Of a DNA stretch of 64,000 nucleotides, positions 62,201 through 64,000 are shown piece after piece. This stretch comes from Lama glama. Its lineage: Eukaryota. A program made the position numbers and the translations under genes. The stretch's first letter is position 1, and every line of letters starts with the position of its first letter. Under the pieces are notes generated by a model. The model did not search any database, was not told the origin of the DNA, and worked only from the letters and a program-made list of their open reading frames with translations. The DNA is taken from contig CM052818.1 of assembly GCA_028534125.1 (NCBI GenBank), positions 2,048,001 through 2,112,000 on the forward strand. Direction: 5' to 3'.

Positions 62201-64000
62201 GCAGAACCCACTGTAAAAGGGTCGGTGAGAAAGTGGAGCCCATGGATTGATGGGAAACACACAAAAGACACTCTGGGGTGGACGCCTGTGTCTCCCCTCC
62301 CTTGCCCCTCACCACAGTCTGCCATCTCTCTCTCCAAAATGTGTCAATCCATCACCCAGAGGACCGCCTCCCTTCACCAGCCCAAGTCCTGTAACTCTCC
62401 ACTGCCTGGTGGGCTCCTCTGACCTGCCCCTCTCCCTGGGTGCTCAGTGTCACCATAACCTTGGGGATGGACCCCAGTCCATCAGGCTACAGGCTCACCG
62501 TCCACATGGAACTCGCCAGGCCCCATCTGGTGGGTCCGCCCTCCCAGCCTGGGGTATAGGTGTTCAGAGCTCACCCCTGTCCTGGAGGCCATCAGCGGTG
62601 GGAGTCCCAGCCGGACCCGGCTCCTAGAAATCTTGTGACTATCGTGGAGGGAGGAGATTTCTCCAGCCTCCCTCACACGTGCATCCCCAGCTCCACTACC
62701 CTGACTCTCTCCACACGCTCAGCACCCTCTTCCCCTTGCGGGCTTCCCAGGGGTCCAGACCCAAGGCCATTTCCTGCTGCCTGCATCTACACCACAAGGA
62801 GGCTGCTGTCTCTTCCTCCTGGACTGCAGACCCCAGGGAAGGCCAGGACCTTGTGTTCCTCTGCTGCGTTCCAGGCAGAGCACTAGGGGGAGAGATAGGG
62901 AGGCCACCTAGGTGGTCTGAGCTCCCAGAACAGCCTGGATTCTTCCCCTCCCCACCCCCCCACTCTGCCCTCCCATCACCTCTCAAGCTTTCTGGCTCTA
63001 AGTTGCCTGAAGGAATCTTGGCCCAAACCTTCACAACCCTTCCTTCCACCTCCTCCCAGGTCACCTCGTCCCCTCTCTCCTGTCAGGGCCCTGAGCAGGC
63101 CCCTGATGACCCTGTCACTCCCCTTCCCTGTCCCTAAAAGGTACCCTGCTGGCTCACTAGAGCCCTAAAGTGTGACCACCCCTTCCGTGGAAGGGCTGTC
63201 ACATCTGCACCGTTCCCTTCACCCAAGCACAGACAGACCCAGAATCCAGGATGGAGACCATGCTCTGGTGAGAAACGGACTGTCCCTTGGGCTGTCCCCT
63301 CAGCCTCACACTGTCCTGTCCTGAACACAATAGATCTCTAACTCTGATCTTCATTTGACCCCAACTGTCCCTTCACAATGACCCCAGGCTCCTCCGGCCA
63401 GCTCTCAAGTACAGAACGTGAAGCACCCGAGAGAGCAGATGCTGGAGGCTTGCAGCCTCAGATCCTGGAGGCTGATCTCCCACAGGTCCCTACTTCAGAG
63501 AAACTCTTCTGCCGTCAGGAAGGGCTCTCTGGCCCTGAACACCTAGAGGCCTGCTTGCATCCTCTCCCCATTTCTCTGTGCCCCACACTGGCTCTGGGGG
63601 AGATCCAAGCCCAAGATGGCAACCCAACAGCGTCAAAATTTGGAGGGCGATGCGTTTACCATGTTCTCAGTTATTCACCCTGTCTTACCTCTGGGTTTAT
63701 TCAAGCACAGTCCCTTCTGCAGCTGTGCTCCTGTCTCAGGCCTCCCTGAGGGCCCTGCTCCCATCCAGCTCTCCTGCGGTCTCCGTGGGCTCCCACCTGG
63801 ATCCCCACCTGCACTCTGAGTCTCTCTTGAGTGTGGACATCACCTCTGTCATACTTCTCTCATCCCGAGAGCCCAGGTGAGCCGAGACTCCACATGCTAA
63901 GTCATGGCTGTCTGTCTGGACGTACCTGGTGGGGCCAGCGTGGCAGGAACCCTGGAGACGGTGACCCCAGCAGTGGCCGGAGTCCCAGATACCTCACTTC

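Larger units (their letters stand above)
42242..63876 (+). pseudogene. Candidate decayed multi-exon gene (unitary pseudogene) of unidentified family; probably continues beyond the window
   Basis: Putative exons with AG/GT sites: 47281-47310, 47973-48381, 50078-about 50810, 51533-51673, 55672-55879, 59163-59216, 59561-61513, 63388-63876. Weaker candidates: 42242-42733, 43076-about 43650, about 46660-46909. Adjacent phases mostly compatible; frames contain isolated stops and frameshifts. Confidence 0.45.

Noticed and set aside
62903..62915. CCACCTAGGTGG palindrome as a CTCF site
   Set aside because: An extra base breaks the core spacing; a short palindrome is expected by chance.
42242..63876. 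Identification of the decayed gene as C1orf127/CIROZ, SPOCD1 or KIAA1755
   Set aside because: Translated fragments did not match my recollection of those proteins, so no gene symbol was assigned.

Overview
Mammalian genomic DNA, very probably camelid: three copies of a tRNA-derived SINE match the camelid Vic-1 pattern, alongside artiodactyl-type L1 3' ends. I find no intact protein-coding gene I can recognise, and almost all ORF-track entries are chance ORFs in GC-rich or repeat DNA. The window is a mosaic of L1, L2, CR1/L3, MIR, MLT1/LTR16-type and ERV1 LTRs, hAT MITEs, microsatellites and one 500-N gap. Two non-obvious signals stand out. (1) A chain of repeat-free blocks at about 42-64 kb (+ strand) has canonical splice sites, often mutually compatible exon phases and protein-like frames broken by a few stops or frameshifts, suggesting an unannotated decayed multi-exon gene (unitary pseudogene) that runs off the right end. 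(2) A heavily degraded segment at about 7.3-8.2 kb has scattered motifs resembling the Ty3/gypsy-gag-derived PNMA family. There are also nested L1 3' transductions, a twin-primed L1, a chimeric L1, a strong CTCF site with its upstream motif, and several enhancer-like CpG/TF-motif clusters. Repeat family names come from recalled consensus motifs, not a database search, and most boundaries are approximate.
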